Part shown: positions 30,147-41,180 of the stretch, one piece after another
Layout of the letters: each line of letters opens with the position of its first letter
Numbering within the stretch: position 1 is the first letter of the stretch
Origin: Savitreella phatthalungensis
Taxonomy: Eukaryota
Length of the DNA stretch: 64,000 nucleotides
Direction: 5' to 3'
NCBI GenBank assembly: GCA_051599415.1
Contig: AP039700.1
Location: 186,001 to 250,000, forward strand
Position numbers and translations under genes: made by a program
Notes under the pieces: generated by a model
Database searches by the model: none
What the model was told of the DNA's origin: nothing
Seen by the model: only the letters and a program-made list of their open reading frames with translations

Positions 30147-31466
30147 ATGTTGGCCTCGCCTGCGCAGCTCAAGGCCATGTCGCCTATTCATGTGCTTCGC
30201 GGCGCTCAGCTAGCACTGCTCGGTATAGCGCGCGCAGTACAAAACCCTCAGCTCTACACATCTGCACACTATCGCCAGCTAGGCGCGCTCTTTCTCCTCG
30301 GCATCGTCGCTCACCTGGTCGCCACAGCTCCGCTCTTGGTCCTCAGAGTTGGCGTCCGCGTTGCCTCGCTAGCAGTCTCAGTCGAGCGCCGGTGGTGGGA
30401 GACAGATCTCGTATCATTCGTCTCATTCATACAGCACTGGGTGCTCACGCTCCCATTCCTCATGCTCGACCTCTTACGGAGTCTTGAGCCAGCGCCGTTT
30501 GATGATGTCTTTATGCTCTCCCTACGCTGGTGTGATGGCATCTACCTGGGAAAGCATGACGGCCGCGCAGCTAGCAACAATCCATCTACCAGTGAGTCGA
30601 CCATAGTAAAGGACAATCAGGGTAAGACACTCCGGCCGCAATACGCTCAATCGCTTGGAGCAATCAAGCCAACGTTCACCAACACGTTCATGAAGCGTAC
30701 ACTCAGGCGTTCGCTAATGGGACTTGCAATCTACGCAGCTTCGTTCGTGCCATACCTCGGCAAGCTCGTGCTTCCTGCGCTCTCTTTCTACACGCTCAAC
30801 AAATCGGTCGGCGTAGTGCCGGCCGGTGGTTTCATGGCCTTCTCCGGACTTATCCTGCCCCGGCACTACACAGTCGTTATCCTTCAAACATATCTCGGCA
30901 CTCGTGCACTCACACGACAGCTACTCCAGCCATACTTTGCCCGAGTCGGTCGTGGTTTCACAAAGTACCAGCGCGGCAAGTGGTACCGTGAGCGTGAAGG
31001 AGTGCTTTTCGGATTCGCCCTCCCATTCTTCCTTGCACTTCGTCTGCCGTACATCGGGATCCTCGCATATGGTCTCGCTTCAGCATCAGCAGCCTTTGTG
31101 GTGACCAAGGTCACTCGACCACCACAAGGTCCACCTGCGCCCGAGCCAATCACCTTGCAGAGCTACGCCGAGGACGAGTGTCTATGGACTGAAGGCAGGC
31201 GAAACTTGGTCCGGGACGGATGGGAAGTTGTCTCGCAGGACTATGAGCGGCGGAAAGCCGACCTAAAAGCCGAGTCTAGCGAGCTCCGGAAGGACATAGA
31301 TCCAGCAGACGATGTCGTCCTTGTCTCGGCATCTGCCAGCCCAGATCCCAACACCCTTTCTCGAGCCACGTTTGCGACACCCTCCTCACGTTCACGAAAA
31401 TCATCCACCGGAAGCAGTGACGCCGAGTGGATCAAGCTCGCAGACTCCGGCACAGCCTCGTCATAG
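30147..31466 (+). CDS. Multi-pass membrane protein, UsgS/EI24-like family
   Basis: LRGAQL...RAVQNPQL...HYRQ N-terminus, FDDVFMLSLRWCD, LLQPYFAR, W.REREGVLFGF; several TM segments. Confidence 0.7.
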   Translation: MLASPAQLKAMSPIHVLRGAQLALLGIARAVQNPQLYTSAHYRQLGALFLLGIVAHLVATAPLLVLRVGVRVASLAVSVERRWWETDLVSFVSFIQHWVLTLPFLMLDLLRSLEPAPFDDVFMLSLRWCDGIYLGKHDGRAASNNPSTSESTIVKDNQGKTLRPQYAQSLGAIKPTFTNTFMKRTLRRSLMGLAIYAASFVPYLGKLVLPALSFYTLNKSVGVVPAGGFMAFSGLILPRHYTVVILQTYLGTRALTRQLLQPYFARVGRGFTKYQRGKWYREREGVLFGFALPFFLALRLPYIGILAYGLASASAAFVVTKVTRPPQGPPAPEPITLQSYAEDECLWTEGRRNLVRDGWEVVSQDYERRKADLKAESSELRKDIDPADDVVLVSASASPDPNTLSRATFATPSSRSRKSSTGSSDAEWIKLADSGTASS

Positions 31467-31896
31467 CTAGCTGACATAACATCCCAGCCAAGACACAGCT
31501 AGGTACAGCTGAGCTGTGTGAATGTGTGACAGTGATGCGGCGATTCCATAGCACATTCATTGAACTGAACGACTAAATGCAAGCAACTCATGAGAAATGC
31601 AGTCTCTTTTATATGTGGAGCCGGGCGGGGTGGTCAGACTTCGGTTGATCTTGCCAATAAGCCGGATACCAACATTCGACCGGTAGATGCATCATATCAC
31701 ATCAGCGGTCCGTGACCCTTCAGACGAGATCAGCCGCTCCGACTCTCATTGTCATCTAGCTTAATAGGAAGCAGCAGCTCTGCCTTTCTCCAACCAACGA
31801 CAATGACGCTCCCTCACATGATGATCGATCTTAGGCTGTGACCGACCGATCAGCAAAGAGCAGGAATTCAGACCCCGAAAGCGCGCACTGGTTGAT

Positions 31897-31917
31897 CACG
31901 CACGCACGCACGCACGC
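31897..31917. repeat. (CACG)n microsatellite immediately before the start codon
   Basis: cacgcacgcacgcacgcacgc. Confidence 0.8.
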
Positions 31918-31926
31918 TTGGGAGCC

Positions 31927-33156
31927 ATGTGGGATCTTCTGCTGATGCTTGCCGTTCTCGGCGGTGTCTATGCTTATACCTACCTAGACCCATTGTGGCA
32001 ACCATTCTTAGACCAGGTGTTCCAGTTTGTGGTTGATGGGAGCACGCTCGGGATCGAGTCGATCGAGATCTGCGAGTGCGATCAGGCTGGGTTCACGATG
32101 AGCATGGTGTCTCGCATAGCCAATACAGGTCCGCTTCCAGCGGAGATTGACGGTTTCCAAGTCGCCCTGTCGTCGACCATGGGCCCGACCGATCTGCCTG
32201 AAGACCAGCGTGCCCACAGCCTCCAGGCAACCACCAGCACTCCCTTCGGTAAACCATTCGCCAACGTCCTCCTACCACCCTTGCAAGCACGACCGGACGG
32301 TGCCACGCTCACCGTCACAGCCCAGCGCGTCGAAATCACCTCACACAAAGCGTACGACCACTTCAACGCACGTCTGATCAACGATGAAGAGTTCCCACTG
32401 TACATGTACGGACGCACGCGGGTGAGTGTGATGGGCGGACGGATCAGCGGGCATGTGCGGTATGCCAAGACTGTGGTTGTGCGTGGGATGGGAGGGTTGT
32501 CGATCGATGTTGTGGAGACTCGGAAACGGTCTCGGTCTGTGGTGAAGGGTCGTCCAACGGAGGTCGAGAACGAGGTGGTCGTCCACAATCGGTCCCGGAT
32601 CGCCGTCGATCTAGGCAGGGTCCACGTCGCTGTTCTCTTCAAGGACAAGCCGATCGTCAACCTCGAGACAGACCTCTTCCTCAGGCCTGGACCAAACAAA
32701 ACAGTCCTCTGGGGACACCTCGTCCTCGCCAACATGATCAACCCGGCCATCGGCATCCCCTTCCTCAAGCAGGACCTTGAGACGACCAAGGTGGTCGAAG
32801 CGGTCGTCGTCGGTCGATCAGCGACCAAGTGCAAATGGATCGACACTGTCGTCAGGCAGATGAGGACACCGATCGTCCTCGATGGAACCATGCGCGACCT
32901 CCTCTCATCCGTCAAGCGCTCCTCCGCCACACATCAAGAAGCAGACTCACGACCAATCTCCGAGAGCACAAGCAATCACACCGACGAGACATGCTCCACC
33001 GCCTCGTCATCCTCAAAAAATACCCAACACAAGCGGCGCAAAAGTCTCGCCTCACTCTTCAGAAGATCCAGCTCAGGTCGATCGCTCTACAGCATCATCC
33101 CAGAGAACCAAGTGTCTGCACCGGAGAAAGTCACAAGTATCACACCAGGAACATGA
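31927..33156 (+). CDS. N-terminally anchored DUF3712 (LEA-2/Tag1-like) domain protein
   Basis: ATG at 31927; N-terminal hydrophobic helix; NTGPLPAEI, PFANVLLP, KTVVVRGMGGL, VHNRSRIAVDLG, LRPGPN patterns. Confidence 0.65.
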   Translation: MWDLLLMLAVLGGVYAYTYLDPLWQPFLDQVFQFVVDGSTLGIESIEICECDQAGFTMSMVSRIANTGPLPAEIDGFQVALSSTMGPTDLPEDQRAHSLQATTSTPFGKPFANVLLPPLQARPDGATLTVTAQRVEITSHKAYDHFNARLINDEEFPLYMYGRTRVSVMGGRISGHVRYAKTVVVRGMGGLSIDVVETRKRSRSVVKGRPTEVENEVVVHNRSRIAVDLGRVHVAVLFKDKPIVNLETDLFLRPGPNKTVLWGHLVLANMINPAIGIPFLKQDLETTKVVEAVVVGRSATKCKWIDTVVRQMRTPIVLDGTMRDLLSSVKRSSATHQEADSRPISESTSNHTDETCSTASSSSKNTQHKRRKSLASLFRRSSSGRSLYSIIPENQVSAPEKVTSITPGT

Positions 33157-33222
33157 GAATACACGAGATACTGCATCCGTCGCACAGGGAAAGGATGGGA
33201 GAATAGATTTTTTTGAAATGTT

Positions 33223-33594
33223 TTAGGCGGCAATGGTGACCTCGACCTCGACTCCAGGCTCGATGTGGATGGAGGTGATCTGCTTGACGATCTCTGATGG
33301 TGAGTGAAGGTCGATGAGACGCTTGTGAATGCGCATCTCGTACGTGTCCCAGGTCTTAGAACCCTCACCGTTAGGGGTCTTTCGGGTGGTGATCTTGAGC
33401 GTCTTTGTCGGCAATCGCACTGGACCCTTGACCCGCAACTCCTTAGACTTAGCACGACCAACCAAGTCAGTGCAGACCTTCTCGAGGTTCTTCACGTTCC
33501 GAGACGTCAACGTGATCCGAATCCGGTGGACCTTCGGCGCACCCACAACACCTTCCTCCTTGCCCTCCTTCTGCTGACCGGCGACGTAAGACAT
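33223..33594 (-). CDS. RPS20: 40S ribosomal protein S20 (uS10)
   Basis: [19 protein letters not shown]...KGPVRLPTK...[26 protein letters not shown]. Confidence 0.98.
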   Translation of the reverse strand: MSYVAGQQKEGKEEGVVGAPKVHRIRITLTSRNVKNLEKVCTDLVGRAKSKELRVKGPVRLPTKTLKITTRKTPNGEGSKTWDTYEMRIHKRLIDLHSPSEIVKQITSIHIEPGVEVEVTIAA

Positions 33595-33728
33595 AGTGAC
33601 CTTTTCTGGTAAATAGGTATGTGCTCAGCGGTGACCAAATCTGATCTTTTAAGAGAGGAAGGTGACCGTGCTCTTGAGTGGGTTTGTTGGTGGTTGGTGG
33701 ATGCTTGCGTGCAAAGGGACAGGTCTGC

Positions 33729-33753
33729 GTGTGTGTGTGTGTGTGTGTGTGTG
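33729..33753. repeat. (GT)n microsatellite upstream of RPS20
   Basis: about 12 GT units. Confidence 0.85.
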
Positions 33754-34040
33754 CACGGTGGAGTGGTGGTGAGACTTCGTGCACGGGGACACCGAGAAGG
33801 GGAAGGGAGGACAAGGATTTCCCAGGGCATTCTCAGGCATTCACTCAACTGATCACTTTTGAAATCTCATAAAATTAGCTGGACTAAAAATTTATGCACG
33901 ACAAGCAAACGGTCACGTGAGTGAGTCATTTGGCATCCATCGCTCTGCACGCTTTATTCATTCGAGATGAAGTGCGATCAATCTATGGATTCATAGTACA
34001 AATGTAAGTGCAGATGTGAGCGGGGTATGTTATACAGGCA

Positions 34041-34080
34041 AGGGTGCACAAGGATGCACGAGGATGCACAAGGATGCACA
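34041..34080. repeat. 10-bp tandem repeat AGGATGCACA x4
   Basis: agggtgcaca aggatgcacg aggatgcaca aggatgcaca. Confidence 0.8.
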
Positions 34081-34508
34081 TGATTCTGTTTCCAGCTTGC
34101 ATTGAAAGCATGGGTTTAGGCCCTTGCCGAAGACTACCAAAACACACTCTAGTCAGATACAGGATCAACCCAGGTCAGGTTGAATCTCCTAGCCGACTCC
34201 CGCCACATCCTTCCAGTTAAGCTGTAACTGAAGAAACGTCTCGAATCACCTGCGGGTTGACTCCCACAAGCAGCTCGCTACAGGTCGAGTACAATTGAAT
34301 GCAATCCCGCAGCCTAATTCATATCAATTCTGTATATACTCATATGCTCGGGAGATTTCCTCGGGCAGTTTCTAATTCCATCGGTGGGCCTGCCTATCTT
34401 AACTCCTGCTCCTTAAATCTATTCACACCTCAAGACTCATCCTTCCCCGGATTTCTTCACTTTGGCCTCGGGACTAATTTATGCTTCGATATCCCTTCGT
34501 CCTTAGTA

Positions 34509-34572
34509 GTAGACAGACACTAGCTAGGTAGATAGACACTAGGTAGATAGACACTAGGTAGATAGACACTAG
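34509..34572. repeat. 15-bp tandem repeat CTAGGTAGATAGACA x3 plus a degenerate copy
   Basis: Perfect copies at 34524, 34539, 34554; partial gtagacagacactag upstream. Confidence 0.85.
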
Positions 34573-34775
34573 TGTGATCACGATCACAATCAAACTTACT
34601 TCCACACCCACATCCACAGAACATACGATACATCCCACTTCAACCCCCCGGAAGTAGATTTCCCAATCAATCGATCTATATAAAACACATTCGCCCCACT
34701 GCAACCTCTTCACTACTTGTCCACACACATACACAAGATACATACCTGACTCCTAGTCTCATCGACAGATCTACA

Positions 34776-35603
34776 ATGGCAGCAGAACCAACAGTCACAA
34801 TGGGATCAGGCAACGGCGCATCCGCTCTCCGTCCACCTCACCACAAGGATCTCCAGGCAAAGCGAAAGTGGATGAAGGAGCACATGGCCGCATGCTTCCG
34901 CTACATGGGAAGAGAAGGATATGGCAAGGAAGGTCTGGCTGGACACATGTCATACAGAGACCCACTTGTCGAGCACGCATTCTGGACGAATCCACTCGGA
35001 AGACCGTTCTCACTCATGCGCGCATCCGACCTCGTCCTCGTCGACCACAACGGCGCAGTCGTCGAGACGGAAGGTGGCAACGTCGCACCGATCAACAAGG
35101 CAGCCTTTGCCATCCACTCTGCCCTCCACATGGCCAGAGCAGACGTTGAGGCAGCAGTCCACGCTCACTCGATCCACGGCAAGGCGTTCGCATCCCTTGG
35201 CATCGAGCTTGACACCATCACCCAGGACTCCTGCCTGTTCTACAAGGATCACGCTGTGTACGACCACTTTGGCGGTGTGGCGTTTGATGAGGAGGAAGGT
35301 AGAGCGATTGCGCGTGCGCTCGGTGACAAGAAGGCTCTCATCCTCCAGAACCACGGTCTCCTGACCACTGGTACCACCATCGACGAGGCTACGTTCCTGT
35401 TCGGTGCAATGGACAGGTGCTGCCATGCGCAACTGCTCGCAGACGCAGCAGCTGCAGGCCGCGGCATCAAGACCAAGCCAATCGGCGAGGAAGAAGCAGT
35501 GTACACGCACGCCGAAATCTCCTCTCACGCGGCATCGTACATGCAGTTCCAGCCAGAGTACCAACTTATCCTCCACGACACCAACGGCGACTTTATGCTT
35601 TAG
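34776..35603 (+). CDS. Class II aldolase/adducin-head domain protein
   Basis: EGLAGHMSYRDP, FWTNPLG, INKAAFAIHSALH, HAHS metal ligands, LILQNHGLLT. Confidence 0.9.
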   Translation: MAAEPTVTMGSGNGASALRPPHHKDLQAKRKWMKEHMAACFRYMGREGYGKEGLAGHMSYRDPLVEHAFWTNPLGRPFSLMRASDLVLVDHNGAVVETEGGNVAPINKAAFAIHSALHMARADVEAAVHAHSIHGKAFASLGIELDTITQDSCLFYKDHAVYDHFGGVAFDEEEGRAIARALGDKKALILQNHGLLTTGTTIDEATFLFGAMDRCCHAQLLADAAAAGRGIKTKPIGEEEAVYTHAEISSHAASYMQFQPEYQLILHDTNGDFML

Positions 35604-35883
35604 CGTGTCATGAACTCCAATCCATACGACCTCCCGATGTAGCTAGTTATCCATTCTCCCAATTTACGATCAATGTTGCAGGAAGCAAAATCTACGAGTT
35701 GTACTGTGGCTAGTGTGGCGTAAAATCGCTACGAACACCAGTGCACGCGCTTGCGCGCGCGCTCGCGTACATCGGCATGGGTGTATTGTAACACCGTCCG
35801 TGGATCATCCTCCCGTTCTCTTTCAATACCCTGCCACTTTTTAGTTCTCGGAGACGCGTCTGACCTCTTTGTCACTACCGACC

Positions 35884-36387
35884 ATGACAGACTACAAGTC
35901 GATGAAAGTGGCTGAGCTGCAAGCAGAGCTTGGCCGCCGCGGATTGAACAAGCAAGGAAAGAAAGACGATCTGGTGAGCCGTCTAACCCAGTCTGACTCG
36001 TCCACCGCAGCTACTGCACCGGACGTCGATATCCCTGTACCCCCACCCACCGCCACTGCTGCGCCTGCAGCGCAAGAGGCGGAGCAGGTGGTGGCGACAC
36101 CGGCGGCGGTGGATGAGCATGCGGCTAAGATGGCAGCACGCCTAGCTCGCTTTGGCGGCGAGGGTGCGAAGAGTAGTGGTGATGGGACGATAGCGAGGTT
36201 GGATGCAGCGCTCGGTAGCGCGGCGTTCAAGAAGAAAGTTGGAGATGGCGGTCGGGTTGGGAAGAAGGGGGCGGTGCAGGAAGAGAAGAAGAAGAGGGTG
36301 AGTGTGTTGGATGATCCGGTGGAGGCGGAGAAGGCGAGAAAGAGAGCCATCAAATTCGGAACGGCGGCACCGGCAACGGTCGCGTAG
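35884..36387 (+). CDS. SAP-domain mRNP protein (Tho1/Mlo1/SARNP-like)
   Basis: ATG 35884; SAP motif YKSMKVAELQAELGRRGLNKQGKKDDLVSRL; two 'R..RFG/KFG' Tho1-type motifs. Confidence 0.85.
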   Translation: MTDYKSMKVAELQAELGRRGLNKQGKKDDLVSRLTQSDSSTAATAPDVDIPVPPPTATAAPAAQEAEQVVATPAAVDEHAAKMAARLARFGGEGAKSSGDGTIARLDAALGSAAFKKKVGDGGRVGKKGAVQEEKKKRVSVLDDPVEAEKARKRAIKFGTAAPATVA

Positions 36388-36563
36388 GCGGGGAAAAGTC
36401 GACAGCAAGTGTAAGTATGAGTTTTGTGAGCGAGAGTGGGAGAGAGATACAGAGGTAGTAATGCGAATGGGCAATACCGTGCAGGGAGAAAAATAGGTAT
36501 CTATCGATGTAGAGTGAGCTTTAGGCTAATACATGGCTTTGACAGCAAGGGACGACCCTCTGA

Positions 36564-37343
36564 TTATAGGTGTGCTTTGGTGTCGTAGGCGACGCCATCG
36601 ACTGCAGGTTTGTCGCAGAACCAGACTGCTTTGTCCTTGGCTTCGTGGTTGACAAGTGCGCATGGGAGTGACGAGAGTGGGTCATCAAAGATCTGCTTCA
36701 GGATACTTGCTTTCGCTTCACCAGTGGCGACAAATGCGATCCTGTGTGCTGCGCCGACGACTTTGAGTGTGAGTGTGATTCTGTGGGAGGGTGGCTTTGG
36801 CGAGTCTGTCACGACGCCGATCCATGCAACGTCCTCTCTCAAGATCGGGTGTCCCGGGAACAGACTACACGTGTGACCATCCGGTCCGCAGCCCAGCAGC
36901 ACCAAGTCAAAGCACGGCACCTTGACCGTCTCCTTGTTGGCAAACACCTTGACAAGCTGCGCCTCGTACGCGTCTGCGATATCCTGAGCCACAGCGTCGT
37001 CCACCTTTCCATCCTTCGACAGATTTGAGTCGTCGATCGCGTGAATCTGATCGGCTGGGATTGACGTCTTTGAGAAGAATTCACGCTGCTGGAGCAGGTA
37101 GTTTGAGTCCTCGTGCGTGAGTGGCACGATCCGCTCGTCGGCGAAGAACACGTGCCACAACGACCAATCGATCGATGGGTCCTGGCAGATGGACGATCCC
37201 ATGAATTTCGCTAGCGATCCACCTGAGATGGCGAGGGTGAAACGACCGCGCGCAGAGACAGCTTCCTCGTACGCACGCTTAATGTATGCGCCTAAGGAAC
37301 TCGTGATTTCGTCATTTGACGACATCGCATAGAGTGTCGCCAT
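36564..37343 (-). CDS. 6-phosphogluconolactonase (Sol family)
   Basis: AISGGSL, FFADERIVPLTHEDSNY, FDLVLLGCGPDGHTCSLFPGH, DSPKPPSHRITLT. Confidence 0.93.
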   Translation of the reverse strand: MATLYAMSSNDEITSSLGAYIKRAYEEAVSARGRFTLAISGGSLAKFMGSSICQDPSIDWSLWHVFFADERIVPLTHEDSNYLLQQREFFSKTSIPADQIHAIDDSNLSKDGKVDDAVAQDIADAYEAQLVKVFANKETVKVPCFDLVLLGCGPDGHTCSLFPGHPILREDVAWIGVVTDSPKPPSHRITLTLKVVGAAHRIAFVATGEAKASILKQIFDDPLSSLPCALVNHEAKDKAVWFCDKPAVDGVAYDTKAHL

Positions 37344-37823
37344 CCTTGCAGTGTTATTCTCTGATTGCGAACTGGAAAGCCTGAGATGCGTTTGGAGGTG
37401 AAGATGGAAGGTCTGATGAGATAACTTGGATGAGAAGATGAGCGTGAGTGTATGAGTATGAGAAGTGTAAGTGTCTTAAGTGCTTGCTTGCTGTTTCTTC
37501 ATCCGGGTTGGAAGTCGGTTGATGGTCCATTGCTGATCGACTTTGAAATGAATTCTATTTGCAGCAGGCTGTTTTGATTGTGAAATCAAAATTGAATATA
37601 TATCCTGCAGGCGATGCATCAGGCTTTTGTGCATTCTATTCGGAAAGGATAAAAATGACGTAGCTGACATGTGTTAGGCCGAGTGATAAAGGCACGGTTG
37701 TCGACGTCCACGGGTAATCGAAAAGCCCAGTTCGATTAAGAAGTGTTCTATGGACGCTCTATAGTTTTAGGTACTGTCTGGGTCCTCCGAGCCAAGCTGA
37801 ACAGCTTCAGACTCAACCGCAGT

Positions 37824-40800
37824 CTACCAAGCCAGCTTGGCAGCAAACGAGTGAGGTCGAGCACGGACAAACGCCTTACGACTCTCGTCCATTAGGAGGA
37901 TCGCGAGACCAAATGCCATAGGTGTGAAGAAGGCAAAGGCTGGAATGTCTGCCGAGAGAATGGCTGACTGGAGTGCTGGGATGTAGTTGAAGATGAAGAG
38001 AATGACAAAGGTGAAGACCATGCCTGCGAACAGGTAGTAGTTACGTGAACGCTTGAGGATGATCGGCGGCTGCTGAAGGATCGACAGCCTGCGGGTGCGT
38101 GTTGCCAGCAAATTGAATAATTGCATGATGACCAGGTTGGCAAAGTAGATAGACGAGCCGACGCTGATGGCATGGTTGATTGCGTCCACATCGTACTCAT
38201 CAGGGTAGTTGCCGTAGCTGAGCCAGAACACTTTGAAGAAAGGAATTTTGAGCACGTGATCGATGTACCAGAAGCTGATGGCAAACGATGTCAATGTCTG
38301 AGGAATGCCGATGAAGCCGTAAGCGTGGAGTATCAGCTTTGCATCCGCAAGACGATCCTTCTTGATATTACGAGGTGGACGGGACAGCAGATCGGCCTCG
38401 GGTTTCTCAAGTGCAAGGGTCATCGAGTTGGCCGCGTCAGTCAGACAGCAGATGACGATCATCAAAAAGGAAGACAGGATCTGTGGGATGCCGAGGATGA
38501 CCGCTGCCAAGACGGGCCACAGCTCAGAAAAGGTACCGGCTGGGAGGAGGTAAACGACAGTCTTCTTCAGGTTGTCAAACACCAAGCGACCAGATTCAAT
38601 AGCAGTCACAATAGCAGAGAAGTCGGCCAGGAGAACCATGTCGGCGGCTTCAATGGCGACGTCAGATCCACCAGCCATAGCGATACCGATATCGGCAGCC
38701 TTGAGGGACGGGGCATCATTCACACCGTCGCCGGTCATACCGACGACGTTGTCGCGAGCCTGGAACTCTTTGACGATACGAAGCTTCTGCTCAGGCGTAG
38801 TTCGAGCAAAGACGACCTCCTCGTACTGACACAATTGTGACCACTGATTGTCGTTCAGGGTGATGAGCTCCGGGCCGCTAAGGACGATGGCGCCAGCAAA
38901 GTGGGGCGACGGGTCAACGTGAAGCTTGCGATCGAGATCATCGATGCCGTGCACCTCGCCGGCCGTGATTATACCGACTTGACGAGCGATAGCAGCAGCC
39001 GTGAGTTTGAAGTCACCTGTCACCATGAAGAAACGGATTCCTGCGCCACGGCAGATCGACACAACCTCAGGAATGTCATCCTTTGGCGGGTCGACAATGC
39101 CGACGAGACCAATGCAAACGAGACCGTCGCGGGCGACAGAGTCGATGTGGGAGGCAAAAGCGGACGACTCGGCGTCACTGGCATTTGCTGGGATGGAGTT
39201 GCTCGGGACGATTTTGCGGGCAAACATGAGTACACGCAGACCCTGGCTCGACCAGTTCTCCTGCATCGCTTCAATCGCCTGCCTGCGCTCGTGCGTGAGC
39301 TGGAGAATCTCTCCATCGGGCATGAGTACTTGGTTGCAACGAGGCATCAGCACATCAGGAGCGCCTTTCATCGTCAACAGATAGTCCTGCTCGGTCGTCT
39401 TCTCGGCCTCGCCAGTAGCGATGCCGCTCAGAAGTACGTCGCGCGTGTCTGCCTGCATGAGACGGAGCATATACTTGTTCCTCGAGTTGAAAGGGACTTC
39501 AAAGATGCGAGACCAGCTGTCACGCACGTTCTGGATAGGCGAAATGCTCTCGGAGAATCGGAGGATAGAGCAGTCAGTGGCGTCGCCGAACATCTTACGC
39601 TCGCTGAGTGGCAAGTTGGAGGTGGCAGCATCGAAGGTAGCAGTGCAACAGAGGGAGGAGGTGGTGTGGAGAATCTGAACGGCGTTGCTCTTCTCCTTGC
39701 GACCGCGGGCGATGACGAACTGGTCGCGAGTCTCCTCAGGCGTGCGCTCATCACCGAACACAGCAGCCTTGACGACGAACATCAGATTCTTGGTCAACGT
39801 ACCAGTCTTGTCGGAACAGATAAGGTTAACGGCGCCGAGAGTCTCAACAGTGGCGAGTGACTTGCAGAGAATATTCGCTTTTCGCATCTTATTGGCGACG
39901 ATTGTCAGGGAGACAGTGACAGCCATAGGTAGACCTTCGGGCACAAATGCCACACAGACAGAGACGACATCGACAATGAGCAGCGGAGTGTTGATCCAGT
40001 CAGGGTGATCGCGGCGAAGCCATGCCGCCCAGAGGATGATTACCAGCAGACATGTTGCAAGAGCGAGACAGCAGATGATCTTGACGAAACGGAGGATCTC
40101 GTTCTCGAGCGTCGTCCGGCCAGCCTTCTTGCCCTGGGAAAGAACCGAGATGCGACCAAAGACAGTACGGTCACCAGTCTGAACGACAATCCCCATGCCA
40201 GATCCACCAGTCACGAGAGTACCCTGGAGGGCGATGTTCTTGGTCTCGAGGAAGTTCTCATCCGTGAGACCGACAGTCGCCGCGATTGGCTCCGACTCAC
40301 CAGTGAGCACGGCACGGTCGAACTTGAGGTCCGCAGAGCACTCGATGATACGTAAGTCGGCGGGAACCTTGTTACCCATGCGGATCTGAATGAGGTCTCC
40401 GGCAACAACATCTTCAGCCTTGATGGTGACGGTTGTGCCGTCACGGATAACCACGACGTCACTCGGCAGCATGCCGGTGATGGAGCTCATCGTCTTGGTG
40501 GTCGAGTAGTCCTGGTAAGCGTTGAAGACTGCCTGAATGACGTCGACGGCGAGCAGGACAATGGCGAGGGCGAGAGTAGACTCCTGCGGTGGCTGACCGA
40601 GAGGCTTCCATGAGATGAAGGTGAGGATTGCGGCAGTAACGAGCAGCGAGCCGAAGCCGCCAAAGACGTACCAGAAGATGCGCTGGAGCCACTTCTTCGA
40701 CACAGGCGTCAGCTTGTTCTTGCCGTCGCGAGCGAGCTTGCTGCGAGCAGTCTCAGTTGTAAGACCAGCAGTGCGAGACGAATCAAGACGTTGAGCAACC

Positions 40801-41180
40801 TCTTCGATGCTGATCCGGTGCCAGTCGAGACTTGTAAGCTCGACAGCCGCGTGCTTTGCCTTGCCAGACGCGATTGGAATCGAACTATTCTTCTCTTTCG
40901 TGTCCTCGACGTGGATGGAGAGTGTACGGAAGCCGATCGGAAGTGTAGTTTCTGGGTCGATAGAGCGTCTCCGGGAGACGACGCGAGAAATCTCTGATCG
41001 AGTAGAGACAACACTCATCCCGGAAATTGACTGTCTGCGCGAACGTGTGGAGCGCGCATTGGAAACATAGCGATCACGGTCCATCGGCACGCCTGGTGCG
41101 ACAGCACTGGAAGGGAAGGCATCGGCGTAGGTGATACGCGGACGAGCCTTCTCGAGGTCGTTGAGTTCAACGACGCTCAT
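37824..41180 (-). CDS. P-type cation ATPase, Na,K/H,K-ATPase-like (type IIC-related, probably fungal ACU-type)
   Basis: LTGES, VPEGL, ICSDKTGTLT, GDATD, KGAPD, MVTGD, FARTTPEQKLRIV, TGDGVNDAPSLK; about 10 TM segments. Confidence 0.9.
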   Translation of the reverse strand: MSVVELNDLEKARPRITYADAFPSSAVAPGVPMDRDRYVSNARSTRSRRQSISGMSVVSTRSEISRVVSRRRSIDPETTLPIGFRTLSIHVEDTKEKNSSIPIASGKAKHAAVELTSLDWHRISIEEVAQRLDSSRTAGLTTETARSKLARDGKNKLTPVSKKWLQRIFWYVFGGFGSLLVTAAILTFISWKPLGQPPQESTLALAIVLLAVDVIQAVFNAYQDYSTTKTMSSITGMLPSDVVVIRDGTTVTIKAEDVVAGDLIQIRMGNKVPADLRIIECSADLKFDRAVLTGESEPIAATVGLTDENFLETKNIALQGTLVTGGSGMGIVVQTGDRTVFGRISVLSQGKKAGRTTLENEILRFVKIICCLALATCLLVIILWAAWLRRDHPDWINTPLLIVDVVSVCVAFVPEGLPMAVTVSLTIVANKMRKANILCKSLATVETLGAVNLICSDKTGTLTKNLMFVVKAAVFGDERTPEETRDQFVIARGRKEKSNAVQILHTTSSLCCTATFDAATSNLPLSERKMFGDATDCSILRFSESISPIQNVRDSWSRIFEVPFNSRNKYMLRLMQADTRDVLLSGIATGEAEKTTEQDYLLTMKGAPDVLMPRCNQVLMPDGEILQLTHERRQAIEAMQENWSSQGLRVLMFARKIVPSNSIPANASDAESSAFASHIDSVARDGLVCIGLVGIVDPPKDDIPEVVSICRGAGIRFFMVTGDFKLTAAAIARQVGIITAGEVHGIDDLDRKLHVDPSPHFAGAIVLSGPELITLNDNQWSQLCQYEEVVFARTTPEQKLRIVKEFQARDNVVGMTGDGVNDAPSLKAADIGIAMAGGSDVAIEAADMVLLADFSAIVTAIESGRLVFDNLKKTVVYLLPAGTFSELWPVLAAVILGIPQILSSFLMIVICCLTDAANSMTLALEKPEADLLSRPPRNIKKDRLADAKLILHAYGFIGIPQTLTSFAISFWYIDHVLKIPFFKVFWLSYGNYPDEYDVDAINHAISVGSSIYFANLVIMQLFNLLATRTRRLSILQQPPIILKRSRNYYLFAGMVFTFVILFIFNYIPALQSAILSADIPAFAFFTPMAFGLAILLMDESRKAFVRARPHSFAAKLAW

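Noticed and set aside
34509..34572. Tandem repeats as CRISPR-like array or transposon ends
   Set aside because: No spacers, no cas, transposase or RT genes, eukaryotic context
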